From assembly GCA_013416795.1 (NCBI GenBank), contig RQSC01000019.1:1-6159 (forward strand): DNA of 6,159 nt, in the 5' to 3' direction. Below the pieces are notes generated by a model that was not told the origin of the DNA, did no database searches, and saw only the letters and a list, made by a program, of their open reading frames with translations. A program made the position numbers and the translations under genes. The stretch is from Prasinococcaceae sp. CCMP 1430 (Eukaryota; Plantae; Prasinodermophyta). Positions 5,470 to 6,159 of the stretch are shown here, one piece after another. Every line of letters starts with the position of its first letter. The first letter of the stretch is position 1.

Positions 5470-6159
5470 TTACGCGGTGTAGGTGCCGAGGACGTCCTCG
5501 GCGTCGAGAAGCTTGTACGTATTGCCGTCGTTGTCCTTGAGGTCCGAGCCGGCGTACTTGAAGTACACCACCTGCGTGCCGGTGGGGTACGGCACGGGCG
5601 TGGTCTCCACCTCGCCCTCCTCGCCGTCCTCCTTGGGAACGGTCTTGCCGGGGCCGACGCGCACCACCTTGCCCGTGGCGGGCCTCTCGTTCTGCTGCGC
5701 GGTGAGCAGCAGGCCGCCCTTGGTCTCGGTCGCGGCGGCGTCGGCGAGCACGAGCAGCCGGTCGCCGATGGGCTGAATCTTGGCGAGGTCGTTGACGGTG
5801 GCGCCGGAGGTGGGCACCGTGCCGAGGACGTCGCGCTCGCGGATGATGGCGTGCAGCTCGCCGCCCATCATCACCTCCTCCACGCCGATGCCAAACTTCG
5901 AGTAGATGACGGTGTCGCCCTTCTTGAGCGTGACGGTGGGCGCGTCGCCCACGGCGACGACGTCGCCGCTCGTCGGCCGCTTCTGCGCCTCGGCGGGCAG
6001 CAGCACGCCGCCTTCCGTCTTGTCCTCGATCTCCGCCACCTTGAGAAAGATGCGGTCCTCGCGCGGCGACACCGTCTTCACGCCCATCGGCAGCTCCACC
6101 GCCATGCACCGCACGCACCCGCGACGCGCGGCGGGCCGCGCGGCGGCGGCGGCGGCCGC
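5470..6159 (-). CDS. CPN20: Chloroplast co-chaperonin with two tandem GroES domains (CPN20/CPN23 type), 5'-partial
   Basis: Domain 1: PREDRIFLK..EDKTEGGVLLP..RPTSGDVVAVG..YSKFG..RERDVLG. Domain 2: PIGDRLLV..TETKGGLLLT..RPATGKVVRVGPG..YFKYAG..AEDVLG. The frame stays open to the window edge with a transit-like AAAAAAARPAARRGCVRC|MAVEL. TAA at 5472-5470. The RPTSGD/YSKFG/YFKYAG features recall the algal CPN23 paralogue, so the exact symbol is uncertain. Confidence 0.93.
   Translation of the reverse strand, partial: AAAAAAARPAARRGCVRCMAVELPMGVKTVSPREDRIFLKVAEIEDKTEGGVLLPAEAQKRPTSGDVVAVGDAPTVTLKKGDTVIYSKFGIGVEEVMMGGELHAIIRERDVLGTVPTSGATVNDLAKIQPIGDRLLVLADAAATETKGGLLLTAQQNERPATGKVVRVGPGKTVPKEDGEEGEVETTPVPYPTGTQVVYFKYAGSDLKDNDGNTYKLLDAEDVLGTYTA

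Noticed and set aside
139-6118. Numerous long overlapping or antisense ORFs in the supplied track (for example 139-873, 1030-1866, 1073-1834, 3394-4611, 4997-6118)
   Set aside because: These are shadow ORFs expected at very high GC, or translations through repeats and Ns. They have no recognisable motifs.

Overview
Eukaryotic, very GC-rich, gene-dense nuclear DNA, most likely from a green alga. The evidence is plastid-type transit peptides, a tandem-GroES co-chaperonin and TGTAA poly(A)-like signals; the species cannot be determined from the sequence. In order, the window contains: (1) a complete two-exon SLU7 splicing-factor gene (+); (2) a small one-helix membrane protein gene (-) with no in-frame start; (3) the 3' fragment of a TauD/TfdA-like dioxygenase gene (+) joined head-to-head to gene 2, then a single N and a Pro/Glu-rich tail; (4) a lower-GC island with palindromes and hairpins; (5) a two-exon plastid-type TLDc-domain gene (-); (6) a 241-N gap; (7) a 5'-truncated, two-exon RDH/WWOX-like SDR gene (+); (8) a CPN20/CPN23-type co-chaperonin gene (-) running off the window end. 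The main observations are that SLU7 lacks its conserved CCHC zinc knuckle, that neighbouring introns are built of GT/AC microsatellites with no pyrimidine tract (one has an AAG acceptor), and that an unmarked deletion-like junction near 2380 removes the 5' ends of two divergent genes. All family assignments come from remembered motifs, not database searches.
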